From the NCBI GenBank assembly GCA_021613535.1, contig CP075494.1, positions 5,766,001 to 5,830,000 on the forward strand: a DNA stretch of 64,000 nucleotides, read 5' to 3'. The position numbers and the translations under genes are program-made. Below the pieces are notes generated by a model. That model ran no database searches. It had not been told where the DNA came from and saw nothing but the letters and a program-made list of their open reading frames with translations. Shown piece by piece: positions 26,984 through 40,038 of this stretch (positions are counted from its first letter, which is position 1; each line of letters starts with the position of its first letter). This DNA comes from Adineta vaga. Its lineage: Eukaryota > Animalia > Rotifera.

Positions 26984-27609
26984 GTAAAAATTTAGAAATA
27001 TTAATGCTTAGTATCATATGTCTTTTTTTTTGAAAGATTATAGTAGATTTACTTCTGTATATTCAAGAAAAAATACTAAGCCCGAAAGTCAATAAATAAT
27101 TTAATAGAATATATCCCGACTCCTTTTCGTATTGTTTCGATCAAATTTGAATATAATTCGCGCATTATTTTTGGAATTCATTCATCCGTTCAATTGTTTA
27201 TAAATCCATCGAATACCTTCGAATATAAATGGATTATCAAAAATACTCACACATCTGACTCATTCGTGATTTAAGGTATTTAGTGGATTATTGTCATTAA
27301 TATTGATAAAATAAATAAAATGTTTAATTTCACGCGGAATATCTATCAAACTAGCAATCAAGTTGACAGATGTTTTATAATAGAATACTATTATATCTCT
27401 AGTTATCTCTTGAAAGGCGAACAAATAAAGATATGTTTGGTTATTTTTTCTTATTTTATCATAAATAAACAGAAGAAGATGCTATGTTTGTTATATATTC
27501 AAATAACAGACACGTTGCGTTTTTAAAACTTTATTTGATAGCAACACTCATACAAGAGAGACGGCATTTTTCGTCGTTTCTTTATTCTTTTTACATTTAG
27601 TTGTACAAT

Positions 27610-28080
27610 ATGTCAACTGATGATAAAGCACGATTCATTCGTGCTGTTGAAGAAGCTTTCTTTCTTCTTGATCGTGATCACAATCGGTCTATAGGTCCAG
27701 AAGATTTTTGTACAATAGCGAAATCAATTGGTATTGAATTGGATCCTAACGAAGCTTTATTACTTGTGCGTACTGCACTTGGTGAACAAACAGATGACGC
27801 AATTCATGAAACAACATTAAATGTTGATCAATATTCGACATTAATGCTTCGTCATGTGGGTTCAAACGAATTAGATAATGAATTACGTCAAACATTTGAT
27901 GCTTTAGATCGTGATCATGATGGGAAAATATCTCGCACGGATATTGATCGACTTCGCAACGAAAGTGAATTTTTCGACGAACTCGACGATGAACAATATG
28001 ACTTAATTATCAAAGAATTATTAACACTTGGAACGAATGGGATGAATTTTGATCAATTTGTTCGATTGATGATGCAATAA
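27610..28080 (+). CDS. Calmodulin-like EF-hand protein
   Basis: EF loops DRDHNRSIGPED and DRDHDGKISRTD; C-terminal MNFDQFVRLM. Confidence 0.85.
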   Translation: MSTDDKARFIRAVEEAFFLLDRDHNRSIGPEDFCTIAKSIGIELDPNEALLLVRTALGEQTDDAIHETTLNVDQYSTLMLRHVGSNELDNELRQTFDALDRDHDGKISRTDIDRLRNESEFFDELDDEQYDLIIKELLTLGTNGMNFDQFVRLMMQ

Positions 28081-28270
28081 ATGTATTATTTTTTATAAAT
28101 ATTTTTTTCTCAATAAATAAATCAAAGAAACAGACTTTATCTTATTCTGACGATCTACGTAGTAATTAGAAGCAGATGTAGATGAATGAAAAACTATTTT
28201 TCTGAAATTTTAAAATGACTTTATTATCTTATTTCTAGCTTAATACAGAAAAAAAATGTTTTATAAACGT

Positions 28271-31047
28271 TTAAACTAATTGTTTGATTGTATTTGATAT
28301 ATGATTTGCTTCGTTGTTACCAAGTCGATTTTCTAATGCTTTCTTACATTTTTTTATCAAAGGTTTCCATAATGGTTCATCATCTGGAAAATATTTTGCA
28401 AGAATACACATGATAATTACTGATAGGATAGCATCATTATCTTTATCTTTGAAATCATCGATGATTTTTTCGAAATCAACATCTGTTTTAATTGTATTCG
28501 ATTGAGATAATGTAATCATTTGTTTGAGATTTTTGATTGACCAGAGACCATTAAAGTTTTGTAAAGCAATTATTTGACGAATGATATCACATGAATTATC
28601 ATTAGGCATGTCTTCATGTGCAGATAGATTGTCATCATCACAGGAACTATCGAAGGATTTCGATGAGCTTTGTTGTCTAGGAGAACGAGATCTTGATCTT
28701 GATCTGAAATTTCTTGATATGCGTTCAATACCACGATCATTTTTCGGGGAACGCAACATGTAAAATGATTCATCATCCAATAAAGCCTCTTCTTCATCAT
28801 CATTATCATCATCATCGCATACAGCTTCTTCTTCTTCATCAACATAATGGCATACACCATTTTCTTCATAATCATCTTCTTCGTCATCATCATCGCATAC
28901 AGCTTCTTCTTCATCATCCACAGTGTAGCCACACTTAACCTGATCACAATCGACGGGCATGGCGTGATAAGATGCAGATTCGTCGTCTGGTAATAGATCG
29001 TTTTCATTATTGATTTCGATTGGTATTTCTCGAAGAATCATTTCACCCGATGATGCAATTGCTGCTCGTTCTTGTTCAGTACGTGTTTCAATACCGATAA
29101 ATGCAGTAAACGGTGAAAGAATTTGATGTTGAATTGAAATATCAATCAATTCTTGTTTGATATTGTTTTTTTCTTGTCCAGAAAAACGTGCTTGGCGAGA
29201 TGAATTGGATTTATAATCATCTGTTTGAAGATCCTTTATTATTGATTTTGCTGCTAAACGTGTAGCAAGTAATGTTGATGAAGGTTGCACATCTGTAAAC
29301 GTGACACGTTCGAGTAGATCATTCTAGAAAAACAAAAGAAAATATAAGATGTAGATTACTAACAAGAATCATTTACGTTTTGTGTAAGAAATTCCAATGA
29401 ACCGTGTAATTTGTCTTCGATATTTTTTGGCATCATAATATAAATATTTAATCGTTGTTTAGCATGAATAGGTGGCAATATTTTAGGTGATATTCGATAA
29501 TTTTCAAGTTCATTGTTTTTGAAACGACATCGAACTTTAACATTGACCAAACATGGTGCGAGTGCTTTATCTAATTGTCGAGCAACTGCTACATCAATAT
29601 GAGTTTTAGGTGGAATAAATAGATAGGCACCATTCGTCATTCGTGCTAAACCTTTGACCAAAGCTCGACTTGGTGATGAACCAAGTCCAAATGAAAAGAT
29701 TCGTGTAGTATTAGACATCGAATGACAAAGACGAATGACTCTATCAACATCTTCAATTTCTCCATCGGTTAATAGGAAAATTTGTCGAGAATAATTTCCT
29801 TGTGGTGGATTTTGCTGTAAATGAGAAAGAACAGAATAGAGTTCTGTTCCTCCTAAATCAGCCTAAAAAAATAAAGCTCAATGTATGCAAAAAAAAGAAT
29901 TGTATTCATCGACGTATCTTACTTTCATTTTTTTAATATAGTTTGCTGCTTCGTTAGCGGTTTGTTCATTGTATTCAATTGTTATTGCGTTGGATTTGAA
30001 TATTTGATACGCTGAACCGAACTGTATGATATTAAAATGAGAATCAATCGGTAAACTTTTAATAAAAACAGACATGGCTTGTCGAGCATAATCGATTTTA
30101 TTTTCATCATTCATTGATCCACTACAATCGACAACGAAGATATATTCACAGTTCGCTTGTCCTGTTTGATTGTTCTTATCACATAATTCTAACGTAGGAA
30201 CTAATGACACCATCACGGCTTGCTTTTCAACGAACGTATACGTGAGAATTTGTTGTTGCTGAAGATTAACATTCAGAATAATATCACGATCTAGATGAGT
30301 ATTTTCTTGTGATAAACGAGCCTTTACTATTGAATGTGAAGTGTTGCACAATTGTGATGTCACTTCAATTGGATGTGATGGAGAGCCAACTGATGCGATA
30401 GGTAATGATGAAATCGTGCATGAAAATGAAATTGAGTAAGGTGCTGATTGTACATAGTTTGCTGTTGTTGTTCCGGGTGATTTGATGTGACCATGGCCAG
30501 CAGATATTGAACTGTATCGTGGTGCAATTACTGTTGGTAAGACAAACTGTATACGTTGACCATCATCGATTAATTCAAGTTCTTGAACATAACGAATTTC
30601 AATTTCACATTTCGACTGTGGTTTCAAAGAACCTGAAAGATACTGAATTAAATACGAGATAAAACTTTCAAAAAAGAAATACTAACCAACACTAATGGTA
30701 AAAATATCGTTGGATTTTTCATCTTGTTCAAGTAAAAATGCTCCGTGTCCTTTTTTCAATGCATCACAATAATCTCGTTGTGCCGTTTTCTTTTCTTTAA
30801 TTTCTCCTTGAATTTTTCGATCATCATCAATCGTTGCTTCGAAACTATAGATAGCCGCTGCTTCTTCAACGGGAAAACAATAAACAGCTTCGATGGGCAC
30901 ATTTGTTTCTTCGCTGTTGATAAAAACTTGTTTGATAAAAACTTCAGCTGCAAATGAATGAATATTTACTTCTACTGCAACATTTTTCAATGGAATAAAT
31001 TGATTTTCACGACGTTGCTCTAATAATGATGATACTACCTTTAACAT
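28271..31047 (-). CDS. VWA5A-like protein (VIT + VWA domains)
   Basis: VIT (IEAVYCFPVEEAAAI..A..DY..A..GHGAFLLEQ); VWA MIDAS DCSGSM / GGTE / LTDGE; RIFSFGLG; SPFTAFIGIE; IIALQNFNGLW. Confidence 0.9.
28806..28920 (-). repeat. 78-nt-period internal duplication encoding DEEEAVCDDDD twice
   Basis: tcatcatcatcgcatacagcttcttcttc occurs identically at 28806 and 28884. Confidence 0.85.
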
Positions 31048-31092
31048 AATGATTACGATAATAAAATGAAGAAATAGGTCGATGTAACGAGC

Positions 31093-31122
31093 TTTTATAG
31101 GGTAGCCACGTTGTGTGACTCA
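31093..31122 (-). promoter_or_regulatory. TATA box plus AP-1-like site upstream of the VWA gene
   Basis: CTATAAAA on the minus strand about 50 bp upstream of the ATG; TGACTCA at 31116-31122. Confidence 0.45.
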
Positions 31123-31184
31123 CGGAAATAACGGAAAAAAAGATAAAGAACAAAATGGGCAAGAATAAAAAAAAACATAATCGA

Positions 31185-31274
31185 TGCCCCCGGTGAGGTT
31201 CGAACTCACGACATCCGCATTGCTCCGATACTGTGTATAAGTACGGCGCTCTAATCCAACTGAGCTACGGGGGC
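31185..31274 (-). tRNA. tRNA-Ile(UAU) with 15-nt intron (31221-31235)
   Basis: Acceptor GCCCCCG/CGGGGGC-A; D arm GCTC/GAGC; anticodon arm CCGTA-CT TAT A-[intron]-A-TGCGG; T arm GTGAG-TTCGAAC-CTCAC; downstream oligo-T terminator. Confidence 0.95.
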
Positions 31275-31686
31275 TGAGCAATGATGAAAGCAGTTAAATA
31301 GAAATGAAGGAATTGAACATTTGTCAAGGTATCATGCCATGAGATTTGTCAAAAAATCACATCAACTGTCACATGAGTCATGAATAGATCCTCTATAGCT
31401 TCTCTGTATAATGACTTATTCATATGAAGCGTTCTTTTTCTTAGTTGATCATTGTGATAAATTTATATATATATTGAGCATAATTGGTTATGAAAAATAC
31501 TTGAATAAAAACGGATCTGACATCTGGCTACCTTTGATGAGTCAAGTTCAATCAAAGATGACCAATAGCATTCGAGGAAAGACTTTCTCATAACTTTCGA
31601 TACATTTGTTTTTTTTCGAATAAATAAAAAAAGAAGAAAAACAATAAGCATTTATAGACATTAAATTAAAACGAAACAGATTATTT

Positions 31687-34600
31687 TTACAGAAGAATAC
31701 AAAGTGATGAACGTCCTGTTTCAGCAGTCTGTTCAGCACTATGATGATGGTGATGATGATGGTGAGATACAGATGTTTGATTGAGATTATTGATTTCTGC
31801 TTTGGATATTCGACGAGTTTCGGTAGTAGTTGGGAATTCTTTTGTTTGACGTTGATTCATTTCTAAACGTAATTGATCGACATCATGTCGTAGTTCTGTT
31901 ATTTGACCATGAATTGTATCGATTGCGCCTTTATTTTGATGAATAGATGTAACTAATGATGGTTCAAGTGTTTTTTGTTGTTCAGAAGATGAATTAACAT
32001 GATTACTAGTTGGGTTTTTATTTAGTTTATCTACTGGAATAGAATTAAGATTTTTCGATGGAATTTTCGATTCAGATGCAGCAAATAAGTTGCGTAGAGT
32101 TTCCTAAAACAAGCAATAAATAGAATTGAATTTTTTCAATAAATCAAAACAATCAATGGGAAAAAACATCAACAAGTAACAACACAAACAAACAAAGGTT
32201 ATTGTTTCAAATTCGTTAAGAGAATAATAAATTAGGATTAATAGGAATAAAATTCTATTCATACTTCACTTCGCTGCTCAATTTTTCTTGCTACTGATGT
32301 CGGTGCTTATCTAGAAAAATGTTTATGTTTAGTAAGAAAAAAAGACAAACAAGTATAGAAGACAATATTTAGCAACAAAACAACATTAGAACAATTTCAA
32401 ATTGTTAACTGATAATTATGTACCTGAGTGATACTGTCTGACCATAATAATTCTAAAGTAGAGAAAATAAAGATGAATTTATATGATTGTTTATTTAGAT
32501 ATCTGAATTCAGTAATGAACACAGGGTTCGTGAGTCGTTCATGTTAAAGTATCATTCTTGAGAGATAGAGAAGTATTCTTGAATATGTATATATTTAAAT
32601 TATTTGTCCTTGAGGAATGAATATCTAGCTACCACATTGAATCTATTTTAATTAAGACGGATATGCTATAAGTTCAATTCAAATGTAGAATATTTTATCT
32701 TTAATTCATGAAAATAAACTTATGTCATAAAAATAGAAACAAAACCAAATCTTACTCAATTTGTCATGTTCTTGTTGTAATTTCTCCCAATTTTCTCGAT
32801 TTTGTTTACATCCTTCATAGAGTGGCGTTAAGCCTTCTTCAGCTTCCGCAAGCATCTAATCAAAATAATGTTTTAAAATGTATTATAAAGACATCTCGAC
32901 CTTACTTTATAAACCGGAAGACAAATGGAATCGATAAAACCAACTACAAAATAAACATATCATATTTGATAATCCAACACGAAAAAAAACAACAAACCTT
33001 GCATTTTTGGTAGTTCATCTTTTTTTGCTCGATCCATCATCGGCTAGAAGATAATTTCAAAAATATTTAAGACAAACGAATTGATTTGTTATACATACAA
33101 TTGGTTCAACATGAAGTTGAGTTCTTTCAATATCACCTTGTTGAAAAAATTCACTAGCAACAAGTTTTGCAATAACTTGTTGCATTTCCCATGGTTTACA
33201 AATAGCTGCAACATCACATGCAGTCATCATCATTCCTCTAGAATGATATATTTCCAATGATCTATTCTTCAAGGTATCACTCTTATTTGTTACCTTAATA
33301 AATCTTTTTTCGCTGGATCTGTCCAATGTTCTTCATGATTTTCTACCAATTTCTGGAAATCTCCTCGTTTACGAAAATATAATGCTAAATCAGTGGATAA
33401 AATTGCCGATTCAATGTAATGAACAGTTAGTTTATAATCGCTTGCTGATAATGTTTGTAAAATATTATTTCCTTCCGTTTGTAATATCATGATACATTGA
33501 TCAAAATGATGATGTTCAAGTGTTGATGTTGAATATAGTTTTGCTAAAGGTGCGTCTACTTTTGCTTGAAACGCATTATTTGTTCCACGATGATCAAGAT
33601 CATGACTTAAACAAGCAATTAATAAACCCATTCGTTCTAAATCAGTCATTCGAGCATTTACACCACCAGTCTACAAAAAAACAAATTGTACAGAATTTCT
33701 ACTCATATCAAATTGAACGACTTACTGTTAACATGGAAAACATTGTTTGAGCAACATTGAATGCATGTCGCCAATTATGATAAATAACCGGTCGATAATT
33801 TTTCTTAACACTTAACATCCATCGACAGATAATTTCATGTGGTATACGAAATTTCTTTGTTAAGTCTAATTCAACAAACATTCGTATACTTGCAAGTACA
33901 GTTTCATCGTCGGTTAAGATCATATCATTGAATTCCCATGAATATAAACGAAGTTGATTAGCTTCGGGAAGAGATATATGAATAATACGTTGAGCATCTT
34001 CTTCTGAAGCAATAACATGATATGAGAGAACTTCAAATGCAACATTCTGTTTCGCTGTTAAACGAACAACATTTTCATATTGACGAGTATTATGTATACC
34101 CAAACCGCAGAAGACTGCAAATGCCTGAAGAATTCAAACAATTTTTATTCGATTAAAACAAACAACAAACTTACTTCAATAATGGCAACATCATCTTCAG
34201 TAAACACTCGTTCATGTAATTTATTCATTATTTGAGTAACACCAATTACATGCCCATCACCATCCATAATAGGTACACAAAGAAGATTTTTTAATTCAAA
34301 TGTATCATTGCCATTGGCGATTAACTACAAGAAAGAATCAAAAGTTTATAATGACATTAATAGAACTACGTTTGTTACTAAATGTGCTAAAGATAGATTG
34401 TTTGAAATTTCATTAATAATAACCGTTTCCATTGTTGTAGCAACATGATAAGCTATTTTAGCATATCGTGAATGTTCAAGAAAATCATTTCTAAACAAAA
34501 ACATATCTAATCTAATTTCATCGTTGTCAAAAGATCTATTTACGTTGTAACTTTAAATTCTTCGCCATAGACCATATCAAATCCTTTTGAGAAATGAATA

Positions 34601-37600
34601 TCCTGTTTAAAATGAGATTTTTTCTTTGAAAAGATTTTAATTAAATAATAAAAGCATACTTCTGGTTTATCTGTAGATGATATAGATCGATCTAATATAT
34701 AAACACAACATCGAGCACATTGCATAAGACCTTGAGATTCAATGGTAATTTTATTCACTAAACGTTCAAGATCAACTTGTTCACGAAATAAATTTCGAGC
34801 CAAATTCAAGAGAAGCTAAATTAGAAGCAAAATATTCCTTTCTTTTTATCAATAATGAACTTCTTTTCGAAAAAAAAACAACAAAAGAAAATCTGACCTT
34901 GAATCTTATTAAAAGTGTTAATTCCTCATTTTTATTAGTCACTGGGATTTCCATGGCCTGTAAATGCTCGTCATAATAAGTTATATTGTTGTTCTTCGAT
35001 CGTAAAGAAGAGAGAGATGATTGAGCAATTGTTCGATGTACTTTTTCCGGTCGAGAAAATGGCATTAGACGTTACTCTTCTCTATCGTTCTCGGTGCTCT
35101 CCTTTTTTTATCGTCTTTGTTCCATATAAAAAGTTTATATATATATCAAACTTTCTCTCAGTTGATTAGCTTCTATACACATGCTGAATAAAACGTCAAG
35201 AATAAGAAAGAGAAACAAGAAAACGTTCAGCTTCTCATACACACGCGCGTGCGCATATCAAGAGCACTTAACTAACATTCTTTTTCTTTTCTCTTCTACG
35301 CTTTCGTTTCGATGTCGTCAACACAACGTTAGTAAAGAATAAGATTAAAAGTTACTTGATTCTTTTTATATTCTTGAATGGATAATTCGAATATTTGAGC
35401 ATTGGATAAACCGAGTCCACAGAATGTTAAATAGTTACGGAAGACCTTGAATAAAAATTGAATAGAATTCCAAGCGAGAAAAAAAAGAGAAAAATCATGA
35501 ACTTACATTGATATCTTTGGATGTAAATTCATGTGTGCCAGTTTTTTTATTAATAATTTGTGCCACACCAATAACGATATTATCTCGATTAAGAATTGGC
35601 ATACAACATATTGAATGTGTTCTATAACCTGTTTTAATATCCACTTCTTTATTAAACCGTGGATCCTGTAGAGAGAAAGAAAAAGGAAAAAGAAAAATAT
35701 TTTTTTTAAAAATTGCATTGTCAATAGAAGTGCACATTATTGTCGACATACTCAAATTTCAATCATTCGAACAATGGTCAAACATAAATCGTATACCAAT
35801 GTGAAAAGAAATATGGCGGAATATAAAATGCGATCAGCTTATGCCGGACTTATACCAATAAAACAAGTTCCATCGAATTTAGATACTATTCACTCAAGTC
35901 GTCAACCGACGCATCGTGAAAAAACAGAACTTAAAGCCAAATCAACTAAAATAGTTGCTCAACCTGAAGAAAATGTTCCAGTGGAAACAACATCTCACGA
36001 ACAAATTCAATTGGAACCTTCTTCTCAACAAACAGAAACATCGAAGAAAAAAAGTAGTTGTTGTACGATTATGTAATAAAAAAAAACTTCTATAGCGATC
36101 GATTTTTTTCCATTTCTAAGAATTCTTTTAATCGAAAAATTAATTCATTTCATAGAAACATATGAAAGATTTTTTTAATGCAAACAAAATGTTTATCACT
36201 TCGGTTCTATGGAAATTCGATTATCATAGAAAGGAAATTACTCTTCAATTTGTATTAAGAGATAAGTTCAAAAGGTTTTTTTTCTTTCGCGCACGAGATT
36301 GAAATATTTATGTCATTGATTTTCTCGACAATTTTTGAAACGTACGTACTTCCGTTTCTTTCAATTAACGATTGGCAAACGTTACTAACCTCATATGCGT
36401 CAGGAATATTAATATATTCTTTTGTTGATGCAACATGACCAGCGATACCTTTTCCAAATGGAATTATAATCTGTTGATCTTCCTTATGTAAAGATTGTTC
36501 TAAGGTTGATCCAGCTGTAACATCAAATAATTTCGAAACAAGATAACGAGAATCTTTTGGTCCACGTGCTAGAAATAAACTACCACGATCGGAATTTGTT
36601 AGGATTGAAACATTGGTTAAAATCTTATGACAAACAACATCAACATTTAATTCATTCGCAATATCACGGATTAATTCGAAAAATAATTCATTTTCATTTA
36701 AATTTGTATAATTCGTCACAGAAGATTTTGATGATGAAATAGGTCGACTTGTTCGATGTCCTTGGATAATACTATTGAACATTTCATGTGTTAATGATGT
36801 ACGTGGTTTAGTTAGATATTCATTTTGATCTTTAATTCGAATACAATCATTTAATAAATCATTACTTGCATTGTCTTTAAACCATCGTTTAAGAAAATTT
36901 GGTTTACGAGCTAAATATCTTGCAACCATTTCTTCACTTAATACTTGTTCGGAACTTTCCGATGTGCCACTTGGTGGTCGATACATTTTTCGTTGTAACT
37001 AGAATCGACAAAAAAAAGAAAGAAAGAGAATAAAATGTGTTCAAGATATCGTACAGAAAGGATATGAGGTAGTAATGGATTTCTACTTATCACATATGAA
37101 TGAACCTATTCGATTAGTTAGAAAATGAGAGTTTTTAATCAAGGAAAAATATCAATGACAATTTTCAGTAATAATAAAAAATTCAAGGAAATTAACAGGA
37201 AGACGATGACATTGATGTTTACTTCGTAATACATTTAAATTTGTCAGGAAAACAGTTTCTCTCGAGGTGATAATATCCGAACGCTTTCATACCTTAACGA
37301 ATTGATGTAAAAGTTCATAAAAAGAAAAAATGTTTTTCTATTTCTATTCAGATCCGAGGAATGTCTTACGAGACTTTTCTTTTTCTATGTTGATTTCTTA
37401 GATTGAGAAAGTAATTCGATTTGCATAGAATCAAATCAATATAATAGAAAAATTCATTGAATCGACTATTTTCTAATCTAATCAGAAAGAAACAAAAACA
37501 AGTGTAATTCAGTTCGATAAGCAAAAGAAAATCTTATTAGAGTAGAAAACAACTGTCCTTTTCAAAATTTAGTTATGTAAAAAAATCTCTTTTTTTTACC

Positions 37601-37620
37601 TTTCCTCCTTTCGTATCCAT
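31687..37620 (-). CDS. GAF-GAF cyclic nucleotide phosphodiesterase (PDE5/6/11 family) ending in CaaX (CILL)
   Basis: Two GAF domains (DRGSLFL..GIAGHVA..DPRFN..D..TGY.T); catalytic [36 protein letters not shown]; last exon ends [14 protein letters not shown]. The first exon MDTKGGK (ATG 37620) is tentative; the alternative ATG is 36986. Confidence 0.92.
34898..35065 (-). CDS. Putative alternative first exon of the PDE (short isoform lacking GAF-A)
   Basis: ATG-led [14 protein letters not shown] ends at AAG|gtcaga (phase 0) and splices in frame to the acceptor before 34815 (LLLNLARNL). A TATA-like tract lies near 35135. Confidence 0.55.
35774..36076 (+). CDS. Small prenylated protein ([10 protein letters not shown]) nested antisense in a PDE intron
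   Basis: 100-aa ORF wholly within the 724-nt intron 35666-36389; polybasic + Cys + CaaX terminus; AATAAA overlapping the stop. Confidence 0.7.
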   Translation: MVKHKSYTNVKRNMAEYKMRSAYAGLIPIKQVPSNLDTIHSSRQPTHREKTELKAKSTKIVAQPEENVPVETTSHEQIQLEPSSQQTETSKKKSSCCTIM

Positions 37621-38727
37621 TGTAGATTAGAAAGAAAAAAAAAGAATTTTAATGATAAATTCAAGTTGATTTGTGTTCAAAATAATAATTAACACACCCT
37701 AATGATGTTGATGATGCTTGTATTTCTCTCTTCAACCATAATATTGTTTGAGAGAAAAGTGCTGCTTCGAACTTAGTTTGCTCGTATATGGGAAAAGAAA
37801 AGAGCGACAAAAAAATTGTCTTCTTCACGATCTCTTTTGTCTATTCAGATAATCTGTTTTGCACTTCACACTTTATAGTCTTTTTTTCTCCCATTTCTTT
37901 TTCCCTTCTACATTTTGTTACCACAACAACAACAGAAATCTATCTCTCATCACTAAGCTGACGTCAGTATGGTACAATAAGCAACTAACGCATTCATCTA
38001 CTTGACTGAACACACGCATACTATTCTATTTCTTTTCTCTGTGTTTATCACGCATCTTTGTAAGAGAATTATATCTTCTAAAGTTGGTTTTCAACTAAAG
38101 AAAAAAATGAGCGGAAATTGTCGGATTTTCTAAAGAAAAAACGAATCTCAATAGTGTATTACTGATAGTTAGGGAAAGAAGAAAACGTTTTAAATTAATA
38201 GAAAATCTCGAATAAATTAATGGAATATCTAGTGTTATGTAAATAATATTCTCTATTGATATAAATAGCATTTTCTCATATGAATGATATGAAAATCTAG
38301 TCTAATAGATTTCTTATGAAATTCTATCTGATCCTTTCCGTAGGAAAAATAAATCAGAACAACTTTTGCGTCATCAATATTTGGAAACATGAATTCTTCG
38401 TTTACTAAAGATAAAAGTATACATGATTCAGCAATTACTATACGAGAAGAACACTTTGAGTTCTGATTTCGATTTAAAGTGTATGATTACTTTTTTTTTT
38501 TCAATTCGTTTAGAATTCTACAGTCATCTTTCCAATATACTCATTCTTTTGTTTTGACCTTGCCGTTTACCTTTCGTTTCTCGTTAGTTATTCGTCCTTG
38601 AATGCTTTCATCCGGTTTTTCTTCCGTTACTTCAAATTATTCTTTAAGAAAAGATCACACAGGCCTTTTCCTGAATAACATATTTTTATCATCAAAATAT
38701 AACGAAAAGAAACATTATTTATGATTA

Positions 38728-39734
38728 TCAAGTTTTTTGAGATACAACAAAAAGATAAACAGTTCGTGTTCGATGAATTAAACGATATAAATATTGTATT
38801 AAATGATGTTTTTGTCCGATTTCGATCGGTTTTCTTAACGTTGAGTCTAGATTATGATAAATTCCATTGAGATTTTTAATTGTAAACCAATGAGCACCAT
38901 CTAAATTAATTAATAAACCAAAATATGAATCCCATGGTAATTCATCAAGTCTTGTTTCACTATGATACAAATCAATTTGTTGAACATGAAATCCACATCG
39001 ATTAATTGCTTCAATTAAGATTCGTAAATCATAATTACCAAACCATAATGTTCGATAATCATTGAAAAGTTTTCGTTTATCGTATTCTCGAACGATACTT
39101 TCTAAATGATGATTAGTAAATAATTTTGGGATTTGAAAAAGATTATTTAATGAATGTAGACCACATCGCATTAAACGTTGTTTTTCATGATAAATCGGCT
39201 GAAAGTAAATAAAGAAAAATTTTACTTTGAACTTTTCTTTTGACGTACTTTATTTGCAAAGAATTCGTTCGATTGTTGAGCTCTTGTCCATTCATCTGCA
39301 TCACCATATGTTTGTAATAATTCCGCATAATGTCGATCACTATCTTCATCATGTTGTTCGTTATCTTCATCGATAGAATAAAATCTTCCCAAACCTTAAA
39401 ATAAATTATTTAAAAAAAAAACGTTTGTTTTTCTTTCGAATTTTCTACTTGGATTATGATTTGGTTTTCGTTTTAATTCTATTCCATTGTAGTAATCATT
39501 GATTACATCCTAAATGATGACTCATAGAGACATCACGAACAAATAAAATTCTATTTACATCAAGTTTCCAATTGTATTGATCGAGAAAATGAATAGAATC
39601 TTCGATATTCAAAGCTGTAATTTCCTAGAAAAATATAAAACAAAACATTCGAAAGAGATTTTCTCTTAATTCACTTGAAATCGATTGAGAATTTGTTCAC
39701 GAGATATTGACAAATTGTCTAAGGAAGTTGCCAT
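38728..39734 (-). CDS. Josephin-family deubiquitinase with N-terminal UBA-like domain
   Basis: N-term EQILNRFQEITALNIEDSIHFLDQYNWKLD; Josephin PIYHEKQRLMRCGLHSLNNLFQ, GNYD, HWFTIK, NLDS (catalytic C/H/D intact). Confidence 0.85.
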
Positions 39735-40038
39735 ATTGTTTCTTTTCTATATGTATATGTCCGACAACAAACCTCTATCTTGGTAAATAATCGAAAGAAA
39801 TGTGGTGTAATAGCGGAAAAAAACACATTTTTCTTTTCTGTTCTTTTTTTTTCAAATTAATGATGTCGAAAATGCTGATAGAAAAGAAAGTTTTCATTCA
39901 GGAACAAATCAAAGACATGTTCATTTCAGTTCTGTAACATGATCTACATTTAGCAGATGAAGAATTATGTTAATGAAATAGTAAATACACTTGACAATGT
40001 TTTTATTTTTTTTTATTATTCAAAAACAAAAAAAAGAT

